In this document: one piece after another, positions 30,001 through 42,356 of the stretch
How positions within the stretch are numbered: the stretch's first letter is position 1
How the letters are laid out: each line of letters starts with the position of its first letter
From: the human T2T-CHM13v2.0 reference genome, Homo sapiens
Assembly (NCBI RefSeq): GCF_009914755.1
Contig: NC_060937.1
Length of the DNA: 64,000 nt
Strand: one strand, 5' to 3'
Translations under genes and position numbers: made by a program
The notes under the pieces: generated by a model
Databases searched by the model: none
Told to the model about the DNA's origin: nothing
The model's input: only the letters and a program-made list of their open reading frames with translations

Positions 30001-33000
30001 TTCCTTTAGAGTCTATTCCATTCCATTCTATTCCAATTGAGTCAATTCCATTCCATTCCATTTGAGTCCATTCCATTGCTTTCCATTCACTTCCATTCGA
30101 TACCGTTCCATTCCATTTTATTCCATTCCATTCTATTCGAGTCCATATCATTCCACTCCATTCCATTCCATTCCATTCTTTTCATTTCCATTCTATTTCA
30201 TTCCTGTCCATTCCATTGGATTCCATTCCATTCGAGTCCATTTCATTCCATTACGTTCCATTCCATTCGATTCCATTCCATTCCATTCCATTCCATTCCA
30301 TTCCATTCCTGTCCTTTCAATTCGATTCCATTCTCTTCGAGTCCATTCGATTCAATTCCATTCTTGTTCATTCCATTCCACTTCATTCCATTCGACTCTA
30401 TTCTATTCTTTTCCATTCGGTTCTATTCCACTCTATTCCATTCGAGTCCATTGCATTCTATTTCATTCCATTCGAGTCCATTCCTTTCTATTCCATTCGA
30501 GTCAATTCCATTCCATTCCATTCATGTGCATTCCATTCCATTTTATTCCTTTTCACTCGAGTGGATTCCTTTCAATTCCATTCCATTAGAGTCCCTTCCA
30601 TTCCATTCGAGTCCATTCCATTCCATTCCATTCGAGTCCATTCCATTCCATTCCAATCCATAACTTTTGGGTCCATTCAATTCCATTCCGTTCCATTTGA
30701 GTCCTTTAAATTCCTTTCCATTCCACTCAATTCCATTACCCTCCATTCCATTTGAGTCCATTCAATTCCACTCCATTAGATTCAAGTCCATTCCATTCTG
30801 TTCCATTTGAATCCGTTCCATTCCATTTGAGACCATACCATTCCATTCCATTCCACTGGAGTCCATTTCATTCCATTCGAGTCCATTTCATTCCATTCGA
30901 ATCCATTCCATTCCATTGCATTCAAGTCCATTCCATTCCTTTAGAGTCCATTCAATTCCATTCCATTCCATTCGAATCCATTGCATTCTATTCCATTCGT
31001 GACCATTCCATTCCACTCGAATCCATTCCATTCCATTCGAGCCAATTCCATTCTATTATATTCGAGTCCATTCTATTCCATTCCATTCCATTTGAGTCCA
31101 TTCCATTACATTACATTCGAGACCATCCAATCCGAACCCATTCCGTTCGAGTCTATTCCATGTCCTTCGATCTGAAATAATTCCATTCCATTCCATTCTA
31201 TTCCATTTGAGTCCATTCCTTTCCATTTCATTCGTGTCCATTGCATCACACTTAATTCCATTCTGGTCCATTCCATTCAATTCCATTTGAGTCAATTCTA
31301 TTTCATTCCATTTGAGTCCATTCAATTGCATTCCATTCCATTCGAGACCATGCCATTCCGTTCCATTCCATTCAAGTCCATTCAATCCCATTCCATTTCA
31401 TTCAATTCCATTCCATTCCATTTCATTCCACTCAAGTCGTTTCCATTCCATCCCATTCCATTTGAGTACATTTCATTCCATTCAAGTCCTTTAAATTCCA
31501 TTCCGTTTGATTCCATTCCATTCTATTAAATTACATTCCTTTCCATTCCATTTCATTCTATTACATTCGATTCCATTCCAGTCCATTCCATCAGAGTCCA
31601 TTCCACTAAATTCCAATCTATTGCATTCCAGTCTGTTCCATTCCATATCATTCAATTCGTGGCCTTTCCATTCCATTGGAGTCGATTCCATTCCATTCTG
31701 TTTAAATTCATTCCATTCCATCCCTTTCTATTCCATTCAAGTCCATTCCAATCCAAATCTTACCATCCCATAGCATTCCATTCCATTCCATTCCATTCCA
31801 TTCCATTCCATTCCATTCCATTACATTCGTGTCCTTTCCATTCCATTCCATTCCAGTCTGTTGCATTCCAATTGATTCCCGTCCATTTAGTTCCTTTCCA
31901 TTCCATTTGAGTCCATTCCACTCCATTGCATTTGAGTTCATTCCATTCCATTCTATTCTATTCGAGTCCATTCCTTTCTATTCCATTTGAGTCAATTCCA
32001 TTCCATTCCATTCGAGTGCATTCCATTCCATTCCATTCCACTCCAGTCATTTCCTTTCCATTTCTTTCCAATCCATTCCATTCCACTCGAGTCGTTTCCA
32101 TTCTATTCGAGTCCATTCCATTCCATTGGAGTTCATTCCATTGAATTCCATTCGAGTCAATTCCACTCTATTCCACTCGAGTGCATTCCATTCCATTCCA
32201 TTCCATTCGAGTCCATTCCACTCCATTTGACTCCATTCCATTCCAATTCATTCCATTAAAATCCATTCCATTCCATTCTATTCCATTCCATTCCATTACC
32301 TTCCTTTTCTATTCCATTCCATTCCATTCCATTCTATTCCAATCCATTCCATTCCATTCCATTCCTCTCCATTCCATTCCATTCCATTCCATTTCATTCC
32401 ATCCCATTCGGTTCCATTCCATTCGTGTCCATTCCATTCCACTCCATTCGAGTCCATTCCATCCCATTCCATTCGAGTCTATTCCATTCCATTGCATGCC
32501 ATTCGAGTTCCTTCCCCTGTATTCCATTTCATTTGAGTCCTTTCCATTCCAGTCCTTTCCATTCCATTTCGTTCGAGTCCATTCCTTTCCATTCCATTCT
32601 ATTCCCTCCAAGTCCATTCCGTTCCATTCCACTCCATTCCATTCCCTTCCACTACAGGCAATTCCATTGCATCCCATTCCATTCCATACCTTTTCTGTCC
32701 ATTCCATTCCATTCCATTCCATTCCATTCCATTCCATTCCATTCGAGTCCATTCCATTCCATTCTATTCCATTCGAATCCATTCCATTCCATTCCATTAG
32801 AGTCTATACCATTAGATTCCAATCCAGTAAATTCTGCTCTATTCCATTCGAGTCCATTCTATTGCATTCCATTCCATTCCATTCGAGTACATTCCATTGC
32901 ATTCGAGTCCATTGCATTCCATTCCTTTCCATTCCAATCCGTTCCAATCTCTTCCTTTCCATTTTATTCCTGTCAATTCCATTCCATTTCATTCCATTCG

Positions 33001-33531
33001 AGTCCATTCCATTCCATTCCATTCACGTCCATTCCATACCATTACATTCTGTTTGACTAGAATCCATTCCATTCCATTCCATTCCATTCGAATCCATTCC
33101 ACTCCATTCCATTCGAGTCCATTCTATTCCATTCCATTCCACTATAGTCCATTCCATTCCATTCGAGTCCTTTCTATTCCATATCACTCCAGTCCATTCC
33201 ATTCCTTTCCATTCTATTCCATTCAAGTGCATTCCATTCCATTCCATTCCTGTCCATTCCATTCCATTCCATTCCATTCCATTCCATTCCATTCAATTCC
33301 ATTCCATTCCATTCTATTGCATTCGAGTCCATTCCATTCCACTTGAGTCCATTCCATTCCATTCCTTTTGAGTCCATTCCATTCCATTCCTTTCCATTCC
33401 ATTCCATTCCATTCCATTCCATTCAAGTCCGTTCCTTTCCATTCGACTCCATTCCATTCCATTTCATTCGAGTCCATTCCATTCCATTCCATGCCATTCA
33501 ACTCCATTCCATTTCATTCTATTCCATTCCA
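1..33531 (+). repeat. Human Satellite 3 array (diverged (CATTC)n, HSat3A-like)
   Basis: Continuous CATTC pentamers with recurrent CATTCGAGTC, CATTTGAGTC and CTATTC variants. One orientation throughout. GATGATTCC blocks typical of HSat2 were not seen. Ends abruptly at ...attccattcca|gagaagg. Subfamily is inferred by eye. Confidence 0.97.
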
Positions 33532-33804
33532 GAGAAGGTTTAGGAGCCTGACCAAATTTCACGAAGCAAAGAATCTTTCTCAATTTTCATAATTTAAAAC
33601 CAGTTAAGCAAATGTTACAAAATATCTGAAGAAATAATCCATCATGAGAAATTGTCAATAGGAAAAAAGTGGGTGAATTGGATTTCAGACACTTGAATGA
33701 TTATATAACACCCAAAAGAATATTACTTAAAGTGCTTAGACAAATAAAAGAGGGAACAGTAAGAACAAAAAATAAAAGAGCATAAAAAAATGACATGCAG
33801 TATC

Positions 33805-34250
33805 AGGACAAGACAACCTACAGAATATAAGAAAATATTTGTAAATCGTATATCTGGTAAGGGACTAATAGCTTTTTTTTTGAGATGGAGATTCCGTTAT
33901 GTTGTCCAACGCTGGAGTGCAGTGACATGATCTCAGCTCACTGCAACCTCTGCCTCACAAATTCAAGCAATTCTCCCTGCCTCAGCCTCCCAAGTTCCTG
34001 GGATCACAAGCATGTGCCACCACACCTGGCTAATTTTGTATTTTTAGTAGAGATGGGGTTTCACCAGGTTGTGCAGGCTGCTCTCCAACTTCTGTCCTCT
34101 GGTGATTCACCCACCTCAGCCTCCCAAAATGCTGGGATTACAGGCATGAGCCACCGCGCTTGGCCGTATCATTTTTTTTTAAGAGACAGGGTCTTGCTTA
34201 ATATCGAGTATATAAAGAACACTTACACCTCAAAAACTTGACAAAAACAA
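33805..34250 (+). mobile_element. Old L1M ORF2 fragment interrupted by an Alu
   Basis: gacaacctacagaat...aaaatatttgtaaatcgtatatctggtaagggactaata resumes after the Alu as atatcgagtatataaagaacacttacacctcaa, resembling L1 ORF2 3' sequence. Confidence 0.65.
33873..34165 (-). mobile_element. Alu (AluS-like), full length
   Basis: Poly-T, then tgagatggag...gctggagtgcagtg...gctgggattacaggcatgagccaccgcgcttggcc. Confidence 0.93.
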
Positions 34251-34253
34251 AGA

Positions 34254-34403
34254 GGCCAGGCACAGTGGCTCATGCCTGTAATCCCAACACTTTGGGAGAC
34301 TGAGATGGGAAGATCACTTGAGGCCAGGAGTTCAAGGTCAGCTTGGTCAACACAGTGAGATCCCCATCTCTAAAAAAGAAAAAAAAAATATAAAATAAAA
34401 AAA
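34254..34403 (+). mobile_element. Alu left monomer/FLAM
   Basis: ggccaggcacagtggctcatgcctgtaatcccaacac...ccccatctct plus A tail. Confidence 0.85.
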
Positions 34404-34404
34404 T

Positions 34405-35300
<896 letters not shown>

Positions 35301-36480
35301 CTGCAGTCTATCTTACATAGTTACATCCTTCATTATTTCACTCTTAGCTAAGTTCAAGCTAGTTTACTACTGCTGCATACAGTTTAAACACTTCTATCAG
35401 GAATTCACTATGTTTCTGGATTTATGTGACTTTTTTGTTCCCTTCTGTTTATGATATATGATAGACTCTTGCTATTCTTAGAATTCTTTAAGACTCACAA
35501 ACCCACAAACTGGAATATTTGTAGAGGCCCCTGGTCGTCCCTTGAATCATACATCCAAACCCCAAATTAACTCCTTTCAACATTTATTAAAGCTGCTTTC
35601 TTCTTGATCAATTCAGAAGAGTTATTATGTTGAAAAGTACAAAGCTGCACTGAGATTCAGACAATGGCATGTATCACGCTTGCTCTAGCAGATCATTGAT
35701 CTTTGTGGGACCGCTTGTAAATTGCAGATGCTGAGGAGGCAACATCAACTATGAGGGGACTCTTGAACCGTTTGTACTAGTGATTATCTTTTCCCCATGT
35801 CTTTCTGTCTCTTTACTTACACTGTTATTGGAGCTATACCTTCTTCACTGGTAATTTCCACTCCTAAATCCAAATATAGTGGGTAACTAATTAATAATTA
35901 CGGGCTGAGTAAATAATAAATGAGTCATTTTCTATCCTTTAGGGATCATATGCTTCTAAGAGCAACATCTGATTGTATTTTATCATCGATATCATTCATA
36001 ATCTAATAGGTCTTCTGTGTCCTCAAGTTTTCTCATCCTTAATGCCTCTATTTTTGGGTTTTCCATTTACCTATTCAACCATTATTTGAGGGCCTACTAT
36101 GTGTGGTAGGGACACAGTTTGAACAGGCATGTCTGGTTAGGTGAGGCTGAGGGTGGGGTGTGGAAATATAAATTCTTTGTCTATGATATGTAGACTCAAC
36201 CTTACAGACAATTACCTAAAAGAAGGCAAGGGTGGCTGGTACCTAACTGGAGAGAAAGACTTTGGTACAAGATGAGTTCAAAGATGAGATAGGGGACAGA
36301 TCGCAAAATACCTGATCTGCTATGGTAAAAAAGTTGTGATTACAGTGCCATGGGTCTAACTTACCTAGTCATTTCTTGATCCAAATTTCATTTTTTACTC
36401 TGTTTTTCCTTATAATTCTCCTCTTAAATTTCGGGTTACTCTCTTTTCTTTATTTTACATTGTATGTGTTTGTGTGTGTA

Positions 36481-36612
36481 TTTTTTTTTAATTTTAGAAA
36501 TAGGGACAGAGTCTATGTTGCCCAGGCTGTATTCAACTCCTGGGCTCAAGTGATCCTGCTGCCTTAGCTTTCCGAGTAGCTGGGACTACAGGTACACACC
36601 ACCATGCCTGCC
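36481..36612 (-). mobile_element. Alu monomer (FLAM/FRAM)
   Basis: tatgttgcccaggctg...aactcctgggctcaagtgatcc...gtagctgggactacagg. Confidence 0.85.
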
Positions 36613-37041
36613 TTATATTCTTTAATATTACCTATAATCTTTCTAACACCCACCTTCAATTTTCTTAAAGTCATTAGTGAGATTAGGTAACAATTTATGG
36701 CAAAAGGCACAACAAAAGTGATTACGAGCAGGTGCACCAAGCATGGCAATAAGAGAAACCAATACATCCACTTCCACGCAAAACATTCTAAGAAATATTA
36801 AAAATGAAATAACATTTCTGGACTTGAACATTTTGCATTATTTTCCTTTTTTCCCTAAGCCCTCTCAACAGTAAATTAGTCTGCAAAAATAAATCTGTCT
36901 CATGATCTGACTCATAGTTTGTAAACCCATACTATATAATATATATATTTATATGTATAATATACAAGCCTTGCCTTTTAAAAATTATTATGTTTATATT
37001 ACTCCAGAATTTGTTTCAACATTATCTGTTTGAGCAATGAA

Positions 37042-37254
37042 TTTTTTTTTTAAAGACAAGGTCCTACTCCATCACTGAGGCTGGAGTGCAGTGGCATGAT
37101 CATAGCTCACTGCAGCCTCCAACTTCTGGGCTCAATTGATCATCCTGACTCAGTCTCTCCAGTAGTGGGACTATAGGAACACACTACCATGTCTTCCTAA
37201 TTTTTATTTTTTTATTTTTGTAGAGACAGTGTCTCCCTATGTTGCCCAGGCTGG
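37042..37254 (-). mobile_element. 5'-truncated AluJ-like element with target-site duplication
   Basis: Right arm plus part of the left arm, flanked by gca(a/g)tgaatttttt on both sides. Confidence 0.85.
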
Positions 37255-37608
37255 CAGTGAATTTTTTCGAGAAGAAATTGTGCACATTTTAACCAAAACT
37301 TTATAAATATTTTAATATTTATTTAATGTCTCTTCATATTCTATGGAACAATCAATCATTTATAATTCATATATTTGCATGAAGGGTGAAATAGTAAACT
37401 AGTAGTTTAAAAAACACTTAAGGATAATCTTCTACAATACAAATCTTTAAAAGTTATAATTTTGTTATTATATCTAAAACTCAGATTTCCCTTGTACTGC
37501 AGGTTTCTGAATCTCCTAGAAGATTCAAACACTATCTTAATAAAGCAAATGCTGAACTTTATTGTGATAGCATAATGCTGAAAAAGTAAAAGGTATAAAT
37601 TCTGTTCT

Positions 37609-37900
37609 GGCCGGGCGTGGTGATTCATGACAGTAACCCCAGAACTTTGGGAGGACAAGGTTGGTGGATCACTTGAGGTCAGGAGTTCAAGATCTGCCTG
37701 GCCAACATAGTGAAACCCCGTCTCTACTAAAAATACAAAAATTAGCTGGGCATGGTGGCGGATGCCTGTAATCTCAGCTACTCAGGAGGTTGAGGTGGGA
37801 GAATCGCTTGAATCTGGGAGGTGGAGGTTGCAGTGAGCTGAAGTGCGCCACTGTACTCCAACTTGGGCATCAGAGTAAGACTCCATTTCCAAAAAGATAA
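37609..37900 (+). mobile_element. Alu (AluS-like)
   Basis: ggccgggcgtgg...ctctactaaaaatacaaaaattagctggg...; flanking aattctgt(t/c)ct repeat. Confidence 0.93.
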
Positions 37901-38579
37901 TTAATTCTGTCCTATTGTGGTAGCAGCTCAGCAAAAGGAAACATCCGTCTATATTGAAATCTTTGGAACCAAGCTATAACACTATTGCAAACACTCACTG
38001 CATATATTCAACACATTTATTTAGATTTTCACTTATTTCCTCTTGCGGGTTTATGGTAGACTTCCTAAAGGCAAGATTAATTTCTGAGCCAGCTTTGCAA
38101 CTCCTGCAAAATAAGATACAGGGCTGTGCACAAACTATGTGATCAATAAATATCTGCTGAACTCATAAACAATATACTTATAATCTATTATTACAATGTT
38201 TAGAAAAAAAGAAAGTTAATGAGGTATTATGAGTGAATAATAACGTCTTCAGAATAAAGGACTATTATTTTTTGGAGAGTGGGATCATTGGTCCAATACT
38301 CCACGTCAACTCTACTGCTGGTTTGTGGCAAGGTAAAGAGCTTGCACCAGAATGTAAATCAACTAACTGCTTCCTACAATGAAGAGGTCTTGCTATTTTT
38401 AAAAAGTCAGCTGAACAGTAATCAGTATGTTTAGTGACATCGCCTATTTACATTCTGGCACAAGCTCCGGATCTCACTGCAAACCAGTAAGTCTGCACTG
38501 GCCCTGATCTGCAGGCCACACTTTTCAGAATCCTGGTTCCATGCTACTACTATAGTTGGACTAACAACAACAATGATGA

Positions 38580-38825
38580 TAATTTTACCAATTAGCATTT
38601 ATAGAGTGATTATTGCACACCAGATGCTATGTTCAGCACTTAAGCACTTTATATGGATTATTTCATTTAAACTCTTAAGGACTTCATGAGGGTTTACTTT
38701 ATTATTTCCATTTTTCAAATGGGGAAAAGTAAACCTTCAGAGGTTTAATTTATACAGCTTCTAGAAGATCATCTGTGGTAGAGCAGGTGCTTAAAGTCAG
38801 GGAGTATGATCTCTGCTTAACCCCA
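38580..38825 (-). mobile_element. MIR
   Basis: agcatttatagagtg...aagcactttatatggattatttcatttaa...attatttccatttttcaaatggggaaa matches the reverse MIR core. Confidence 0.7.
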
Positions 38826-39465
38826 GTTAAGTGTATAGTGTATATGCTTAACCATATATCCATACTGCTTCCTGACTATGTTATATATTGCTTCCAGACT
38901 ACATTTTTAAAAATAGGCTCACGTTGCATCACTGGGGGTTGAAGAAATACTTGACACTAATGGAGATGTCAGGAAGAGAGGTCTGGAAGAAATATCATAA
39001 AACTGAAAAACATGGTATAGATAGATTTGTAAATATTTTTTATAGATTTGAAAAACATATTTCTAATACAAAGTTACAGTCAAATATTTAATACACTTTA
39101 TCTCTCAAGCACGGTATGCTTTAATTGAAACAATGGACCTAATCATTACTAGGACTTTTAGAAGGTCACTTCTTTGTTTGTCTTTGTTTTAATAGCCTCA
39201 AATCTCCCAAAAATATATCCTATTTGGTTTCCAGTATCAATTTAAAGTCTTTCTGGGAAAAGATAAGGTCAAAATTCAAAATTTATTTTAAAATTCTTAT
39301 TTCTAGACTTGTAACGTGTTGATTGCTTTGATTTTAAGTAAGCAAATCTAGTTAATTAGCTTTTTTTTTAAAAAAAAGTCCATTTTTATCTCAATGTTGA
39401 TTCATATCAGATACAACCAGCCTTGTATTGACAATTGGTTGAATATACAATATTATATTAATAAC

Positions 39466-39509
39466 AACAGACACTACAGTTGATCTTAGCCAAAAGGCCG
39501 AGAAGTGAT
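39466..39509 (-). pseudogene. RNU2: 3'-truncated U2 snRNA retropseudogene (first ~44 nt)
   Basis: Reverse complement ATCACTTCTCGGCCTTTTGGCTAAGATCAACTGTAGTGTCTGTT versus the U2 5' end ATCGCTTCTCGGCCTTTTGGCTAAGATCAAGTGTAGTATCTGTT (3 mismatches). Direct repeats gaatataca(a/g)tatt at 39441-39454 and 39510-39523. Confidence 0.95.
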
Positions 39510-39619
39510 GAATATACAGTATTGAATATTGTATTGCATATTGGTTGAATAACCAACCCTGCACAATCAAATTTTTTAAAAAGAATCCTTACATTCTAAT
39601 GGTACTTAAAAAAATTTTA

Positions 39620-39745
39620 GCTTGGGGCAATGGCTCATGCCCTGTAATCTCATCCTTTTGGGAGGCCAAGTGGGGAGGATAATTTGAGCCCAGGAGTTTG
39701 AGCCTAGCCTGGGCAACACAGTGAGACCCTGTCTCTACTAAAAAA
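39620..39745 (+). mobile_element. FLAM/Alu left monomer
   Basis: tggctcatgccctgtaatc...gagcccaggagtttgag...gggcaacacagtgagaccctgtctc. Confidence 0.85.
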
Positions 39746-40246
39746 CATATTTTTAAATGTATCTACAGAAAGTCGCCCCGAGCTCAATCAATGTTTATGT
39801 ATAGTATTAATATACCACTCCCCACAAATAAGTTTCTAAGTCAAAGGTATTGTCAGAAGTTCAAATGACTGGACCACTCAGTGCTTTGTGATATTATTTT
39901 GATGATTTTTCTGACTGCATTCCATTCCAAAAACTAATTTACTCTGAGTAGATGCAGAGTTAATAAAGTATGCAAAAATACTAATCTGGCTTATTTAAGT
40001 AGTCTAGTGACATATCTGAGAAAAATTTTGTGTGAGATTCAATAAAAGCTGAGATTTAAAGAACAGGTTACTGCTGGTCTCCCCAAGTTAACATACTTTA
40101 CCTGAGACATACACAAAATTAACTTTTATCCATCTCTCTCTCTCTCTTTTTTTTAAGTATTTGCTTGAGGCATAATCATAATCAACTTCTAAAGTTACAT
40201 TTTACTTGATTTGTTGTCCCAAATGTAGACAAAAAACCCATAAATA

Positions 40247-40362
40247 GCCACAGGCACAGTGGCTCATGCCTGGAATCCCAGCACTTTGGAAGGCTGAGGC
40301 TGGAGGAGCCCAGGAGTTCCAGACCAGCCTAGGCAACATAGCAAGACTCTGTATCTAAAAAA
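40247..40362 (+). mobile_element. FLAM/Alu left monomer with internal deletion
   Basis: caggcacagtggctcatgcctggaatcccagcactttgg...gcaacatagcaagactctgt. Confidence 0.85.
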
Positions 40363-40589
40363 TCTGTTTAAAAATGTTTTAAAAATATTTTTAAACATAA
40401 ATATCAAGATTTCTGTTGTTAACAAAGTAATGGGTAGTCATTTTACATGAACTTTAATAAAACAATAATAGGTGAACTGTGTTGTGCGTTCTACGGTGGC
40501 TAGAGGAAAATATAATCATTTTGGGGAATGCCAATGCATGAACAACTCAGCAGTAGGCACTCTTCCATTAATCCTCCCAGATTTTCAGT

Positions 40590-41420
40590 TCCCTTTTCTG
40601 ACCACTGGTCTTTAGTCTCCGCGGGTTCTTCCACCATCAGCCCCTCCCCACAACGTAAAATGTGCATACTTCAGGGCTCTATCCTTTACCCTCTTATTCC
40701 ACATAATATCCCTGGAGAAAATCATCACATTTTAACTTCAAGCACTAAATGCTTAATCCAAATTTCTATCTTCATCTCAGACTTTTTCCCTTTAGTTCCA
40801 GACCCACATGTCCAACTACTACTACTTATGGGACCTCCCAACATATATGACAGGCTTCTCAAACTGAACACATCTACCCCACTTCTTAAAGTCCTCAAAA
40901 AATTTTTTTTCTTCTTTAGAGTTCAATGAATAACAGAACATATACTCTATCACCCCACTGTCATCCCTGGCTTCTCCTTCCTCATCTCCTGTATCACCAA
41001 GATTTGCCAATTCTACCTTTTTTAGTGGCCCCTCCTTCTTATTCCCACCATCGCTCTCCTAGTTCTCTTCATTTCTTCACTGAGCTTCAGCAACTTCTCC
41101 AATTTTTTGGTCTCTCATTTAGGCTCTCTACCAATCTGTCATTTGAGTGTTGCCAGTGATCCTTTCCAAATGCAAAACTGATCCAGTCACTGACCCAAAT
41201 CCTCCTTATTACCTTTAAGGAAAATAAACTCATGGTCCTTAGGTTCCTTCTGATTTGGCCCACATTTGCCTTTCTGGCCTTACTTCCTCCCATTTTCTGC
41301 TAATACACGTGAAGAAGTATTCTCCAGTTCAGCCACAATAAACCAAGGCTTACTTGTTCTCCCGGCATTTGTGCCTCAGCCCAGGCTGTTCTGTTTCAGA
41401 AGCACCTGGTCATTTCCTGT
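40590..41420 (+). mobile_element. L2 fragment(s)
   Basis: cagggctctatcct...ccaaatttctatcttcatctcagac...tccagacccacatgtccaact...ctcaaactgaaca...gccagtgatcctttccaaatgcaaaactgatc. Confidence 0.65.
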
Positions 41421-41959
41421 TCACCCTTTATGACATGCAATTCCAGAGCCCAGGAAGTACCTAACACACTGTGAATGTGGTATCAATGTCTGCTCTATGC
41501 CTAAGTCAATAACAGCTGTTTATATTAAAAAAGTTCATTACGACATACAAGATATTTTCATTCATAATCTATAATAACATTTATCTTGATTCTCACAACT
41601 AGACTATCAGACAACCATTGCAGGTTTTATTATCCCAAATTATCAATGACAAAATAATAGCTTCTGTTTTTCCAAAGGGGCAAAGGTAGAAATTAATGCA
41701 ATGACCCCAAACTAAAGGTTTGACCTCTCTATTATTACCCTACTTAAATTATCAAGTACACAATGAAGCCCACCGTGTGCTAAAAGCAACACAGAAGAAG
41801 CGTAAGTCATGCACTTAGCTCCAAACATATTTAATCTAGTCAGAGGTACAAGATCCATCCATATGAGATAAAATTCTATAGGAAAGCATCCTACAGAGCT
41901 AAATGCTAAACCGTGTAGCACCCCCAGTAGGAGAGAGAAGTGCATTTAGTGGGCATTAG

Positions 41960-42356
<397 letters not shown>

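Noticed and set aside
1-33531. CRISPR-like or repeat-spacer reading of the periodic landmarks
   Set aside because: No constant repeat with unique spacers, no cas genes, and the context is primate satellite.
1-33531. HSat2 assignment, or DUX4 sites in the recurrent ATTAGATTCCAATCC motif
   Set aside because: HSat2-type GATGATTCC blocks were not seen, and the match to the DUX4 consensus TAAYYYAATCA is only partial.
171-33592. Very many ORFs up to 547 aa ((IPFHS)n on +, (MEWNG)n on -)
   Set aside because: CATTC/GAATG repeats have no stop codon in any frame, so these ORFs are expected artefacts. There is no coding evidence.
38245-38340. Exon-like stretch ending AAG|GTAAAG on the + strand
   Set aside because: Weak acceptor, no recognisable protein in any frame, and no + strand promoter upstream.
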